Positions 52,081 through 63,177 of a stretch of DNA of 64,000 bases are shown piece after piece (position 1 is the stretch's first letter; every line of letters starts with the position of its first letter). This DNA comes from Mustelus asterias (Eukaryota): contig NC_135830.1 in the NCBI RefSeq assembly GCF_964213995.1, forward strand, positions 12,524,001 through 12,588,000, given 5' to 3'. The notes under the pieces are model-generated. The model was not told the DNA's origin, made no database searches, and was given only the letters and a program-made list of their open reading frames with translations. Both the position numbers and the translations under genes were made by a program.

Positions 52081-53407
52081 TATCGGTGAGCTACTGCTGC
52101 AACTTTAAAAAGCTGTATATCTCCATCCACATAGACAGTGACTAACCCCAGAATCGAAACCAGGTCCCTGGTATTGTGAGCCAGCAGAACTAGCCACTGT
52201 GCCGCCCTCTCCCACGAAGATTTGATCAGATTTCATGAGCTGCAGATTTTGTTTTTTTCTTTGCATTGCAGACTTTGGGATTGGTCCACATGGGGTTTCG
52301 TTTGAGAACCTGAGCACAAACTGTGAGGAAACTATCAGCACAACACACTCGCTCGAAAATAAATATATGATCAACAGGGTTGGCTATGTAACTTGACGTT
52401 CATTTTATCTCCATTCACCTCTTCAGCTGGCCCCATGATTATGGGTTCAGGGAGCTGCCTGGATGTTTCTTTTTGTTCATGTGGGTGTCGCTGGCTAGAT
52501 CAGCATGCACTGCCCATCAGTATTTAGCCTTGAGAAAGTTGTGGTGAGCTGCCTTCTTGAAACGTTGTAATCCATTTGTACAGGAACACTTACAGTGCTG
52601 TTAGGGAGGGAAGTCCACGAATTTGTCCCAATGACAGTGAAGGAACGGCGATATATTTCCAAATCAGAATGCTGAGGGAATTGAGGGTGGTGTTGGCTGT
52701 GTGGCGTTGGAGGGGGGAGGGGGGAGAGGGGGCGGGGGGGGGGGGGGGGGGGGGTTGGCAGGGGAGCTGCCAGGTGGAAGCGGTCTTGGGTTTGGGAGAT
52801 GCTGTCTAAAGTGCCTTTGGTGGATTCCTGCACCATGCAGACAAGTGGAGAATATTCTATCGCACTCCTGACTTGTGCCACGTCGATCGTGGACTGTTTT
52901 GTGGGAGTCGGGAGGTGAGTTACTCCCACAGGATTCCCATCCTCTGCCCTGCTCTTTTAGCCACTGAATAAACTGATAACATGCGTGCTGAGTCAGAATA
53001 GGTGTGTCTTCTTTCCTGCTCAGTTTGTCGTGAATTTTCCGCACTTTTGTCTTTTCCTGAATGTATTTTGAGGCTCAAGTAAGGGCCAATGCCATATGAT
53101 TGTAAGATACTACATTCAGGTAATATTCAATCGTGGATTCACTAGCGGGAGGGGTACGGTTTCGAGTCATGTTGTTGACGCTGGATTGATAAAGCAGAGA
53201 AGCAGGCTGAAGCTTTGGGAACCAGGGTTCGAATTCCAACACAGCAGATTAACTCAATTCAAGGCAAAGTAGAATTACTGTAAGTGAGTAGAGAAAATTT
53301 TAATTATGTAATATTTCCTCACAAAAACGAATATGTTTTGACCATGTTTCTGCCGATTTTGAAGCCTCGGACCGATATATAAACATTGCTGCACGCTGCT
53401 TTGCCAT

Positions 53408-53480
53408 GGGCCAGTGGCGCAATGGATAACGCGTATGACTACGGATCAGAAGATTCCAGGTTCGACTCCTGGCTGGCTCT
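53408..53480 (+). tRNA. tRNA-Arg(ACG), near-intact
   Basis: GGGCCAGTGGCGCAATGGATAACGCGTaTGACTACGGATCAGAAGATTCCAGGTTCGACTCCTGGCTGGCTCt differs from the canonical vertebrate sequence by one anticodon-stem base and the discriminator. Confidence 0.92.
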
Positions 53481-54704
53481 GTGTGATAATTTAACAGTAG
53501 TTCACAAACAGTAGTTCGTGTGGGTGAAAAATGTGTGTTGACAAATTTTGGACCAATTCAGAGAAATGTTGACCAAATGCAGTCAGCTTCTATGATGAAA
53601 TTTATCTTAGCTAATGATTGTTCAAAAAAGTGTTGACTATTTTAAGAAAAAAAATACTGATAAACTTCAATTAAGTTTTTTTAAAAAAAATAGTTTATTT
53701 AAATGACGAATTCTCGTTAAAGTATTCGGGGAAAATATGTTAGCAAGTTTAAGCTACTCTTTAAAAAGTTGGAAATTTCTCGAAAAATATGAGGAAACAT
53801 TACATTTTTCAAAATGGTGAAAACATTTTCTAAAAAGTTGATGAACTCTGATTAAACATGTTTAATTTTAAGAAGCAAAATACACAGAAATGTTTTTTAA
53901 AAGTTGACAAATTTCAGTTAAATCAGATGGAGGAATTTCTTTGGAGTAAGTTTAGTTTTGAAAAGTTCAAATTAGCCAGAAGTTTCTGGTTTGTGATGCT
54001 GGGATTGTTGTCCATTGGAGCGAAGGAGATTGAGGAGCGATTTAATCGAGGTGGACTAGATTAGGGCAAGATTAGAGGGGGAGGGGCAAATTTTAAGATA
54101 TTGGGCAAGGCGGGGGCGAAGAAGATTTGGAAGCAACATTTTTTCCACAGCGAGTGCTCAGGACCTGGAACTCATTGCCTCCGAGAGTGTTGGATGCGGT
54201 CAATTTAGGTAATAGAAATTCTGAGGTGGACATGGACTTCCTGAGAAAGAAGATGGGTCTCCAGGAACATTCTTTAGGCAGGTAGATGGATCTCCTCGGT
54301 GACATTGAATCTGAAGATCAACCTGTGGAAGCACACCCCTTCCCCGGCCACCGCCCCCACCCACTGTTGAGAACAGTACAGCACAGGAAACAGGCCCTTC
54401 GGCCCTCCAAAATGTTTGACAAGAACCCCGCTGATATTAAATGCAAGGGCATCAAAATCAAAAAGGGTATTTTGGAACATTCGTTCTTCGTTGTAGATAT
54501 TTTCAATTTCATATAACGTGAAAAAGGATATGCAAAATATTCAGACTGTTGAATGGGAACTCCCGACATTGTTACAAGGACAACATTAACCATTTACCTC
54601 ATTGCCACCACCTCAGAAGCTGTCTTGGCTCAAGGGCCAACATTGCGGTGAATCCTCGTTTCGGTCCCGCTGTGGGGAAAACAACTTCATTGATTCACTG
54701 GCCC

Positions 54705-54845
54705 TGCTCTGACGTAATAAACTGGAGAACAAAGGGTCTGTGAGCTGATTGGATGAATTGGAGAATCAGGGACATGATTGGACGTCACCAGTTGATTCGT
54801 TTGGGAATTAACCAATCGCTGGAGAGACCGGAAATACATGTAAAT
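54705..54845 (+). promoter_or_regulatory. Putative V-segment promoter (CRE-like, CCAAT and ETS motifs)
   Basis: TGACGTAA, GGACGTCA, several ATTGG/CCAAT boxes and CCGGAAAT are clustered 70-200 bp upstream of the leader ATG at 54912. Confidence 0.45.
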
Positions 54846-54911
54846 ATCTTCACCCAAACAATTACAGATTGAACCCATTCTGTTTAATTCCGCAATAAAC
54901 TCGCTGCAAAC

Positions 54912-56391
54912 ATGTTGGGTATCATTTTGTATTCGTTTCTCACTGTTTCAGCTCTTTTGCCTGGTAAGTCTACAAGGGACATAAACTTCTTCTTGCAAGC
55001 GATGTCGACAGTAATTTAGGTCCGCTTTGCTGTAGATGATAATGTGATCCGTGTTCTGATGTTATGAGTTACAATAGAATGATAATAACACCTTAACTTT
55101 CAATATTTCTAAATTTCTGCCGGTGTCACTACTGGAGACTCAATATCAAAGGAGCCGGTTACAGCGATGAAGTTTGAATGGGACTCAAAGAACAAAGAAC
55201 AAAGAAAGTTACAGGCTCTTAGGCCCTCCAAGCCTGCACCGATCATGTTGCCCGACTGAACTAAAACCCGCTATCCTTCCGGGGACCATATCCCTCTATT
55301 CCCATCTTACTCATATATTTGTCCGGACGCACCTTAAATGTCACTATCGTATCTGTTTCCACTACCTCCCCCGGCAGCGTGTTCCAGGCACCCATCACAC
55401 TCGGTGTAAAACACTTACCTCATTAATCTCCTTTAAACCTTGCCCCTCGCACCTTAAACCTATGCCCCTTAGTAATTGACTCTTCCACCCTGGGAAAAAC
55501 CTTCTGACTATCCACTCTAGCCATGCCCCTCAGAATCTTGTAGACTTGTATCAGGTCGTCCCTCAACCTCCGTCGTTCAAGTGACAACAAACCAAGTTTC
55601 TCCAACCTCTCTTCTTAGCTAATGGGCGGCATGGTAGCACAGTGGTTAGCAGTGCTTCTTCACAGCTCCAGGGACCTGGGTTTGATTCCCGGCTTTGGTC
55701 ACGGTCTGTGGCGTAAGCACATTCTCCTCGTGTCAGCGTGGGTTTCCTCCAGGTGCTCGGATTTCCTCCCACAGTCCAAAAATGTGCGGGTTAGGTTTAT
55801 TAGTCATGCTAAAATTGCCCCTTAGAGTTCTGAGATGCGTAGGTTTGAGGGATTAACGTGTACATGTGGGGGTAGGGTCTGGGTGGGATTGTGGTCAGTG
55901 CAGACTCGATGGGCCGAATGGCCTCCTTCTGTACTGCAGGGTTTCTATGATTCTGATGCTCTCCATGCCAGGCAACATCCTGGTAAATCTTTTCTGCACC
56001 CTCTCCAAAGCCTCAACATCGTTCTGGTAGTGTGGCGACCAAAATTGAAAATTATATTCCAAGTACGGCCTAACTAACGTGCTATAAAGCTGCAATATGA
56101 CTCGCCATTTTTTAAACTCAATGCCCCGGTGACCAATAGGTTAACTGCATAGCAGCTGGTGCATATTACATTCAATTGTATCGCCAGGACCGGGAGAAGG
56201 TTCCCAGCAAAAAGAACGGAGAAAGCCCCCATCTTCTTGATCTATATCTCTTATTATGGAGATATTTCCAGTGCAAAGGGCGTGGGAACACTATTTTCTG
56301 CATATATCGAGAGGTCGAAAAGCGAGGGGAACTTCAGCATGTGTGAGCTGTGGCTGTCGGACAGCGCGGTGTATTACTGTGGACTGAGAGA
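54912..56391 (+). pseudogene. TRAV: TCR alpha/delta-like V pseudogene split by a CR1 (which itself contains a SINE)
   Basis: Leader 54912-54963 MLGIILYSFLTVSALLP(G)|gtaagt; acceptor mutated to CG. Exon GVTTGDSISKEPVTAMKFEWDS runs to 55187, then the CR1 insert, then ..NCIAAGAYYIQLYRQ.. and (frameshifted) EKAPIFLIYISYYGDISSAKGVGTLFSAYIERSKSEGNFSMCELWLSDSAVYYCGLR. Confidence 0.88.
55188..56128 (-). mobile_element. CR1 3' fragment inserted in a V exon, with a nested V-SINE (55623-55955, +)
   Basis: The (AAGAACA)n tail abuts the V codons at 55187. QLYSTLVRPYLEY..QFWSPHY and LERRRLRDDLIQVYK lie on either side of the SINE. Confidence 0.92.
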
Positions 56392-56430
56392 CGCAATGAC
56401 AGAAACCAGAGGGAGCCTGGTATGAAAAAA
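56392..56430 (+). other. Degenerate 23-RSS
   Basis: CGCAATG + exactly 23 nt + ATGAAAAAA after YYCGLR. The essential CAC of the heptamer is mutated. Confidence 0.7.
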
Positions 56431-57414
56431 AAAACATTGCCCCAGAGTGACAAGATGAACGGACCAGAGAATGGTAATAATATTGGGCTATAAATAGAGC
56501 ATGATTCACTCTGTGGTGCTTCTATACATTTTCGGTATTGCTGATACTCACAACAGGAGAGGCGATGGCCGAGGGGGAATTATCCTGAGACTATTAATCC
56601 AGAAACTCAGTGAATGTTGCGCGGACCCGATTCAATGAAAACAATATCGACAACTAAGAATCTACTGACGACCATGAAGCCATTGTCGATTGTCGGAAAA
56701 ACCCACTTTGTTCACTCATGTACTTTGGGGAATGAAATCTGCCGTCCTTACCTGGTCTGGCCTACACGTGACTCCAAAGCCAAAACAATGTGGTTGATCT
56801 CAACTACCGATGGACAACTAGTGGTATCCATGTCCCACACACAGAAAAAATTCACTGGAATCACTGTTAAAACTGTCCTGATAATAAGGCTAATGGACGT
56901 ATTGAGAAAAAAAAAACCAGGACAGAACTATTTAGCCTCCATTAGCTTCCGGGTCACAGTAAGAAAATAAGGGTTTTTTGTGGAATGTCAATTATTGAGC
57001 ATGTTCAAAAAAATCAACAGCTTTTGGAAGCCGAATGGCATTAAGCGCTATGCAGATAGCGCGGGAAAGTGGCGTTCAGGCTGGTCAGCCCTGATCTAAC
57101 TGAATGACGAAGCAGAATCGAAGGACAGAATGGCCTACTGCTGTTCCCATGTTCCTGTACCCCATTTTTCTACATTCTTCCCCAAGTCAATCGCTAAATG
57201 TGTAAGTTCTCTCTGTAAGGATGATTATGTTAATCCAGCTCACGGTGCGTCTGGTTACTGTCTGTTATCTCACCACCTGGGTGTCACACAGCACCACTGG
57301 AGACAGAAGGGAGGGAGCTGAGAACATACGAAAAAGGAAGCTGATTATTGAAGGCTGGGATTAGACCGGATAAAATCAAACACGCAGCTCCCCTTTTACA
57401 GAGCGACAGCGGCA

Positions 57415-57835
57415 ATGCAGCTGCTGTGGGGATCATTCCTGACAGGTAATTACGTGCAAAAAACATTGCACTGTTTCACACGTTTCCCAAGCTTGGTTCC
57501 AGACCACAAATTAATCATACGCCCTTCTGACCATTTTCTGTGTTGTTATTTCCATATTTGAGACATGGAGATTCTGTCACCCAGCCGCTCACATCAGATG
57601 TTAAGAGAGAAGGCGAGATCGTGTTTTTAACGTGTAGCAATGAAACCAAGCACGCTGAATGTCTTCTTCACCACTCTGTCCACCTGTGACTCCACTTTCA
57701 AGGAGCAGAGAGCGACTATAGGCTGTACTGGTACCGACAACATCCAGACACACAGCCCGTGTTTATAGTGCGGAAAGATACTGATAGTTATGAAAATAAA
57801 GCATATGTTTTTAAAAGTCGCTTCTATGTAGCTAA
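57415..57835 (+). pseudogene. TRAV: TCR alpha/delta-like V pseudogene, 3'-truncated by CR1
   Basis: Short leader MQLLWGSFLT(G)|gtaatt (57415-57445). Exon from ~57556 DLRHGDSVTQPLTSDVKREGEIVFLTCSNET [insert] ESDYRLYWYRQHPDTQPVFIVRKDTDSYENKAYVFKSRFYVA. No YYC or RSS. Confidence 0.87.
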
Positions 57836-57844
57836 TGTCGCTCT

Positions 57845-58672
57845 GTAGGAGGTAGCTAAAAATGGATACAAAATTGGCTTGATGACAGAAGCCACAGGGC
57901 GGTTGTAGAGGGTTGTTTTTTAAACTGGAGGCCTGTGACCAGCGTTGTGCCTCAGGGATCAGTGCTGGGTCCACTGTTATTTGTCATTTATATTAATTAT
58001 TTAGGTGAGAAAAAAGGAGGCATGTTTAGGAAGTTTGCAGATGACACGAAGATTGGTGGCACAGTGGACAGTGAAGAAGGTTATCTCGGATTGCAACGGG
58101 ATCTTGATAAATTGGGCCAGTGGGCTCACGAATGGCAGATGGAGTTTACTTTAGATAAATGCGAGGTTATGCATTTTGGTAGATTGAACCAGGGCAGGAC
58201 TTACTCAGTTAATGGTAGGTCATTGAGAAGAGTTACAGAGCAAAGGGATCTAGAGGTACAGGTTCATAGCTCCTTGAAAGTGGAGCCACAGGTGGACAGA
58301 GTGGTGAAGAAGACATTCAGCGTGCGTGGTTTCATTGCTCAGAACATTGAATACAGGGGTTGGAACGTCTTGTTGAAGTTGTACAAGACATTGGTAAGGC
58401 TACACTTGGAATACTGTGTACAGTTCTGTTCACCCTATTATAGAAATATATTATTAAACTAGAAAGAGTGCAGGAAAGATTTACTAGGATGCTACCGAGA
58501 CTTGATGGTTTGAGCTATAAGGAGAGGCTGGATAGACTGGGACATTTTTCTCTGGAACGTAGAAGGCTGAGGGGTGATCTTATAGAGGTCTATAAAATAA
58601 TGAGGGGCATGGTTCATCGAGATAGTCAATATTTTTTCCCAAAGGTAGGGGAGTCTAAAACTAGAGGGCACA
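57845..58672 (+). mobile_element. CR1 internal fragment
   Basis: VPQGSVLGP..KFADDTK..LEYCVQF..SKTRGH. Confidence 0.93.
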
Positions 58673-59579
58673 GGGATTCAAGGAATATATGAAGTCAACA
58701 ATATAAAGTACAATCTGATATGGGAAAGGTTTATCCTGAAACATCTACTCGATTGAACTGCGATTGTAGAGCATCAGGCCACTGGTTCATTTAAATAAGT
58801 TTAAATTTGGGGCACAGGTCAGGGCACAGTTGGTTATGCAGAGAGTGGTCATCATTTACAATGCAATTTGATCAATGTAACAGAGTCCAAAACAAACATA
58901 GTGGTCTCCTAACAAGTAAGGCAAATTATAAGGATGTTTGCAGATTTCTGAATTGGTGACTTATGATGAGAATAATGAAAGTACCCATTCCCCAGTGCCT
59001 TGCGACTTCTTGATTGATTAGCTGCAGTGGTCATGAATACGTGATGCTCTGTTGGTGCTGAGTGGTAAATGGCTTTCTTTCTGGAGATTCAATGTATTCA
59101 TTATATGTTCAAAATATGTTTCTGCCAAATCTTTCCTGATTTGTATTATTGTTACTGTGATGCAACCTGTAGATTTTAGGACTCCTGTGAAATTGAATGC
59201 GAGTTGTTTTCTACATAGATAGCTTTGAAATTTGCTGTTGAGTGCAATGACCTCGGCCTCAAATGCTTTCCCCAAAATCAGAAATGCTGAATTTTATGAC
59301 GCAATGTCAGGAAAGAAACGTTCCCACTTTGACACCGTGCACATATTAGCATCTGCTGCAGTTTACAACAGAATTTAGTTGGTTTAATAGGTGCAGACTA
59401 ACATAGTTAATCACCATCTGAAACATGTCTAATAGTGGTGCGTGCTCAAAAATACACAATGCCCTGTATGAACGCAAAGAAACATTAAACTAAATAAAAA
59501 TACTATCTGTTTCGCGTCGTAAATAAAAGGACTTCATTGTGTCCCTATACCATCACCCCCGCCCCCCCCCACGCCCCCT

Positions 59580-59913
59580 CCACTGACTATAACAGTACAC
59601 ATAAGGATTAGAATGGCTAGTTTCCAAGGTGCAGGTTAGTGTCACGTTACTTTCCTCCTTAACAGATATTTCAGGACCCAGTTGTTCCACTTTGTCTTGG
59701 TGGCTCCATTCTAGCAGAAATAATAACAATAATGAGAATCAGAGTCAGCCTCATGTTGAGCGATACAATTATCATCTCCACCATCACTGTTGCTTTAGCA
59801 ACAATAACATCTGGGTTGCAGCAGTCAGGAGGAGCATGTAGTTTTACTGGGAAGGAAAAAAACTTTCTGAGGACTGAAATAATGATGAGGATCTGAGCGA
59901 GACAGTTTTCCAT
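59580..59913 (-). pseudogene. TRAV: 5' half of a TCR alpha/delta-like V pseudogene, inverted relative to its neighbours
   Basis: Leader MENCLAQILIIISVLR starts at 59913. Acceptor ctgctag precedes the exon starting at 59710, which reads WSHQDKVEQLGPEISVKEESNVTLTCTLETSHSNPYVYCYSQW (decayed WYRQ) and ends in a G-run. Confidence 0.8.
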
Positions 59914-62172
59914 GATCCTCCTCAGTCTGTAACTCAGCAGTGAGAGGAATCCTCCGTCAGAGACAGAAACACAGATCCCCGTCCCATTGCACTGCTCATC
60001 CAACCTCAATGAGAGGAATGGCGCAACTTCAGCAATCTGTCCAATCACACAATCGGGTCAGAGTGAGAGCAGCAAACGGAAGCTGTGGGCGGGGTACCGC
60101 AGATTCAATATTGAGTGAAGCGTGCGGTGACTCTCAGCGGCACTCGGAACTGTTGGGCGGAAATAGAACCAGTTGAAACTACAGAAGTCTCTTATCATCC
60201 TGCGCCTACTCACTTTTCAGGGTGTCTAACAATAAATAAAGCGACTGCGACATGAAGCAAGGAGAACCATAGAATCTTTGAAAGGCAAATTGGTCATCCG
60301 GCGTATCTATGTTTCCTTGGAGGAGTTCTCCAAATCATCCAATTCTCCCCGCAGCTCCGTGAAATCTCTGCTTAACTAACTTTGCTCTCAAGAGTACAAG
60401 CCCGGTCTCTATAACCTCACCACAAAACTGAATTTCCTCATCCCTGGAAAGGCGGAGGATTGAGCGGAGATTTTGGAAAATATTGTCAGTTGGCAGATGG
60501 GGAAAATGGAGCAGGAAGCAAACCAGAAAACACTGCCCCAGCTTTGCGAATCTTTAGAAACTGTTTGGGAACTGGAATCAGAGGAGATTGAAGGGTTGAC
60601 TGACTGAGCAGAGACAATCAAGGCAACCTTCCATTCTTTAAGAGGCTGGAACGTTGACTCTGATGTTTTCAGTAAAATTAACTGATCAGAGACATTGAAA
60701 GGATTCTCGTTACTGCACATCAGCAATTCAAACCGAATATCAATTTCGGAACAGTCAGAATATTTGGTTTCAGACAAGACACCGAAAGGCTTGAATGGAG
60801 ACGGCGCCGGTTGTTGGAGAGCCGGTTCCCGATGACATGGATGTGTCTGCAATGGGGGGTCTCTGACTATTGGACTTAACTTGTATCTGCAGCTAACCCA
60901 TTAGAAATCCGTTCAATTATTCCATTCTCACCAACCCATAAATTATTCTCTCTTACTCAGTTACACAGTTAATGAGACAGGGAAAAGCTGCAATATTTCA
61001 GTCTCCCCCACTCTCCAAACACCCCTGCCGGCAAAAAGCACTGGCGATTTAGCTGCATAAGTTTTCTAAGAAATGGTGAAGACCAATGTTTGTCAATATT
61101 TTGATTGATCCCCTTTTCAGTTCACAATTAACCATAAACTGGAATTCGGAAACTTCAGAGCAGTGAGTTTTGATAACGTTTCTGCCCCGTTTATTGCCTG
61201 GGACCTGCGCAAATATGTGCAAAGATGTGCGGGTTAGGTTGATTGGCCAGGTTAAAAATTGTCCCTTAGAGTCCTGGGATGCGTAGGTTAGAGGGGGGAT
61301 TAGCGGGTAAAATATGTGGGGGTAGGGCCTGGGTGGGATTGTGGTCGGTGCAGACTCGATGGGCCGAATGGCCTCCTTCTGCACTGTAGGGTTTCTATGT
61401 TTCTATGTTTCTATGAATAGAATGTGATAACACCTTCAATACAGAAAATCCGCTGAGGACAAAAGCGGCTGGTCTCGAAGGTCAAACCGTGCAGTCTGAT
61501 TTAACTTCACAACCTGATTTGTGGAAGTACAATTCGGCTCAATACCCTTTTTTGATGCGGCAGAGAAATTCATCTCACATTAGAATCATAAAATGACATT
61601 TGCGCCTTTTTTCTCTTTTGCCATGTCTCGGGCGGCACGGTGGTACAGTGGTCAGCACTGCTATCTCACAGCGCTAAAGACCCAGGTTCAATTCCCAGCT
61701 TTAGTTATTGTCTGTGTGGCGCTTGTACGTTCGCCCCGTGTCTGCGTGGGTTTCTTCTCACAGCCTGAAAGACGTGCTGGTTCTGTGCATTGACCCCAAC
61801 AGGCGCCGGAGGCTCGCGACTAAGGAATTTCACAGTGTCTTCATTGCAGTGTAAGCCTTACTTGTAGCTAATAAATAAACTTTACTTTAACTGAGCATTT
61901 TGCAGAATATTATTTAACACTTGGAAATGCAACTGCAGTTAGGCTGAGAGATAATGTTTTCTGTCAATATTTAATAACAAACGGAAATTAGGTAACTTTT
62001 CCTCACACTGAGAGATGAGGAAATTTGAACACTGTTATTGTCCTATTTCACACAGGGAACCATTAACGTGTTAGGTGAATTTATTAAACACCACACTTCA
62101 GAAACAGAGAATACATGACTCTGAAGTACAGTCAGACAGCGCGGTTCGAATTCCAGTCAGTTGTCGAGCATC

Positions 62173-62245
62173 GTTTTTGTAGTGTAGTGATTATCACATT
62201 CATCTGAAACATGAAAGGTTCCCAGTTCCAAAACGGGTGGAAACA
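62173..62245 (+). pseudogene. tRNA-Val-derived pseudogene (anticodon drifted to GAA)
   Basis: GTTTTTGTAGTGTAGTGATTATCACATTCATCTGAAACATGAAAGGTTCCCAGTTCCAAAACGGGTGGAAACA is the tRNA-Val backbone with CpG decay and a damaged B box. Confidence 0.82.
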
Positions 62246-62697
62246 TTTATACTTATTTTTAACCTGAGTGAGAGGAAATTGCTGAATACAGTATCTTACA
62301 CAGAGTTGCATTTTCCCTTCCCCATTTCTGTACACACTCAAACCCGACAGAATATCTCGAACTGGTTACCGTTTCCACCTCTGACAGTTCAGAAAGTTTC
62401 TCTCAAACTTGCACATTCGGGCTTTTTCATTTGTTCATTCCTGAAACATTGCCGTCGCTGGCCATCATTCACTGCCCAACCCGAGTTGAGATGCAACCAT
62501 ATTGCTGTGGCTCTGTAGTCACATGCAGGCTAGGCCAGGTCAGAAGGGCAGATTTCCTTCCAAAAATACATTGGTGAATCATATGGGTTCCTTCAACAAT
62601 CGAAAATGCTTTCATGGTCATCAATGGTTCTCAATTCCAGATTTTTCGTATTGTATTCAAATCCCACCAGCTGTCCTGGCTGGTCCCCATAATAAAA

Positions 62698-63042
62698 GGG
62701 GCGGCACGGTAGCACAGTGGTTAGCACTGCTGCTTCACAGCTCCAGGGTCCCGGGTTCGATTCCCGGCTCGGGTCACTGTCTGTGTGGAGTTTGCACATT
62801 CTCCTCGTGTCTGCGTGGGTTTCCTCCGGGTGCTCCGGTTTCCTCCCACAGTCCAAAGATGTGCGGGTTAGGTTGATTGGCCAGGTTAAAAAAATTGCCC
62901 CTTAGAGTCCTGGGATGCGTAGGTTAGAGGAATTAGCGGGTAAAATATGTGGGGGTAGGGCCTGGGTGGGATTGTGGTCGGTGCAGACTCGATGGGCCGA
63001 ATGGCCTCCTTCTGCACTGTAGGGTTTCTATGCTTCTATGAT
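62698..63042 (+). mobile_element. HE1-type V-SINE, full length, with CR1-like tail (other copies ~8890-9380, 11690-11960, 16716-17040, 17850-18085, 47505-47740, 51605-51920, 55623-55955, 61216-61415)
   Basis: tRNA-like head GGGCGGCACGGTAGCACAGTGGTTAGC...GGTTCGATTCC; V-core GTGTGGAGTTTGCACATTCTCC..GGGTTTCCTCCGGGTGCTCCGGTTTCCTCCCACAGTCCAAAGA; tail GGGCCGAATGGCCTCCTTCTG..TTTCTATG. Confidence 0.92.
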
Positions 63043-63082
63043 TAGCTGGTCGAGCGATAACTCGCCCGACCTAAAGCATCTG

Positions 63083-63177
63083 CGCGTCAGGTGAGGCTCG
63101 AATTTAAAACCTGGGCATAGCCCGCAGGACGCACTGCTGTATAAACACCATGCGCTAACCGATTGCGCCACTGGGGC
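63083..63177 (-). pseudogene. Intron-containing tRNA-Ile(TAT) pseudogene
   Basis: Reverse complement GCCCCAGTGGCGCAATCGGTTAGCGCATGGTGTTTATA-cagcagtgcgtcctgcgggc-TATGCCCAGGTTTTAAATTCGAGCCTCACCTGACGCG. The intron begins CAGCAGT, as in vertebrate Ile-TAT genes. The T-arm is damaged. Confidence 0.85.

Noticed and set aside
53500-53990. AT-rich stretch with recurring TTGAC/AAAAAGTT motifs
   Set aside because: Degenerate low-complexity repeat with no definable unit or coding signal.
62173-62245. tRNA-Phe call from the GAA anticodon
   Set aside because: The body is tRNA-Val with a broken B box; the anticodon change is pseudogene drift.
62698-62775. A/B-box sequences at SINE heads as tRNA genes
   Set aside because: They continue into the V-SINE core and are multicopy retroposons.
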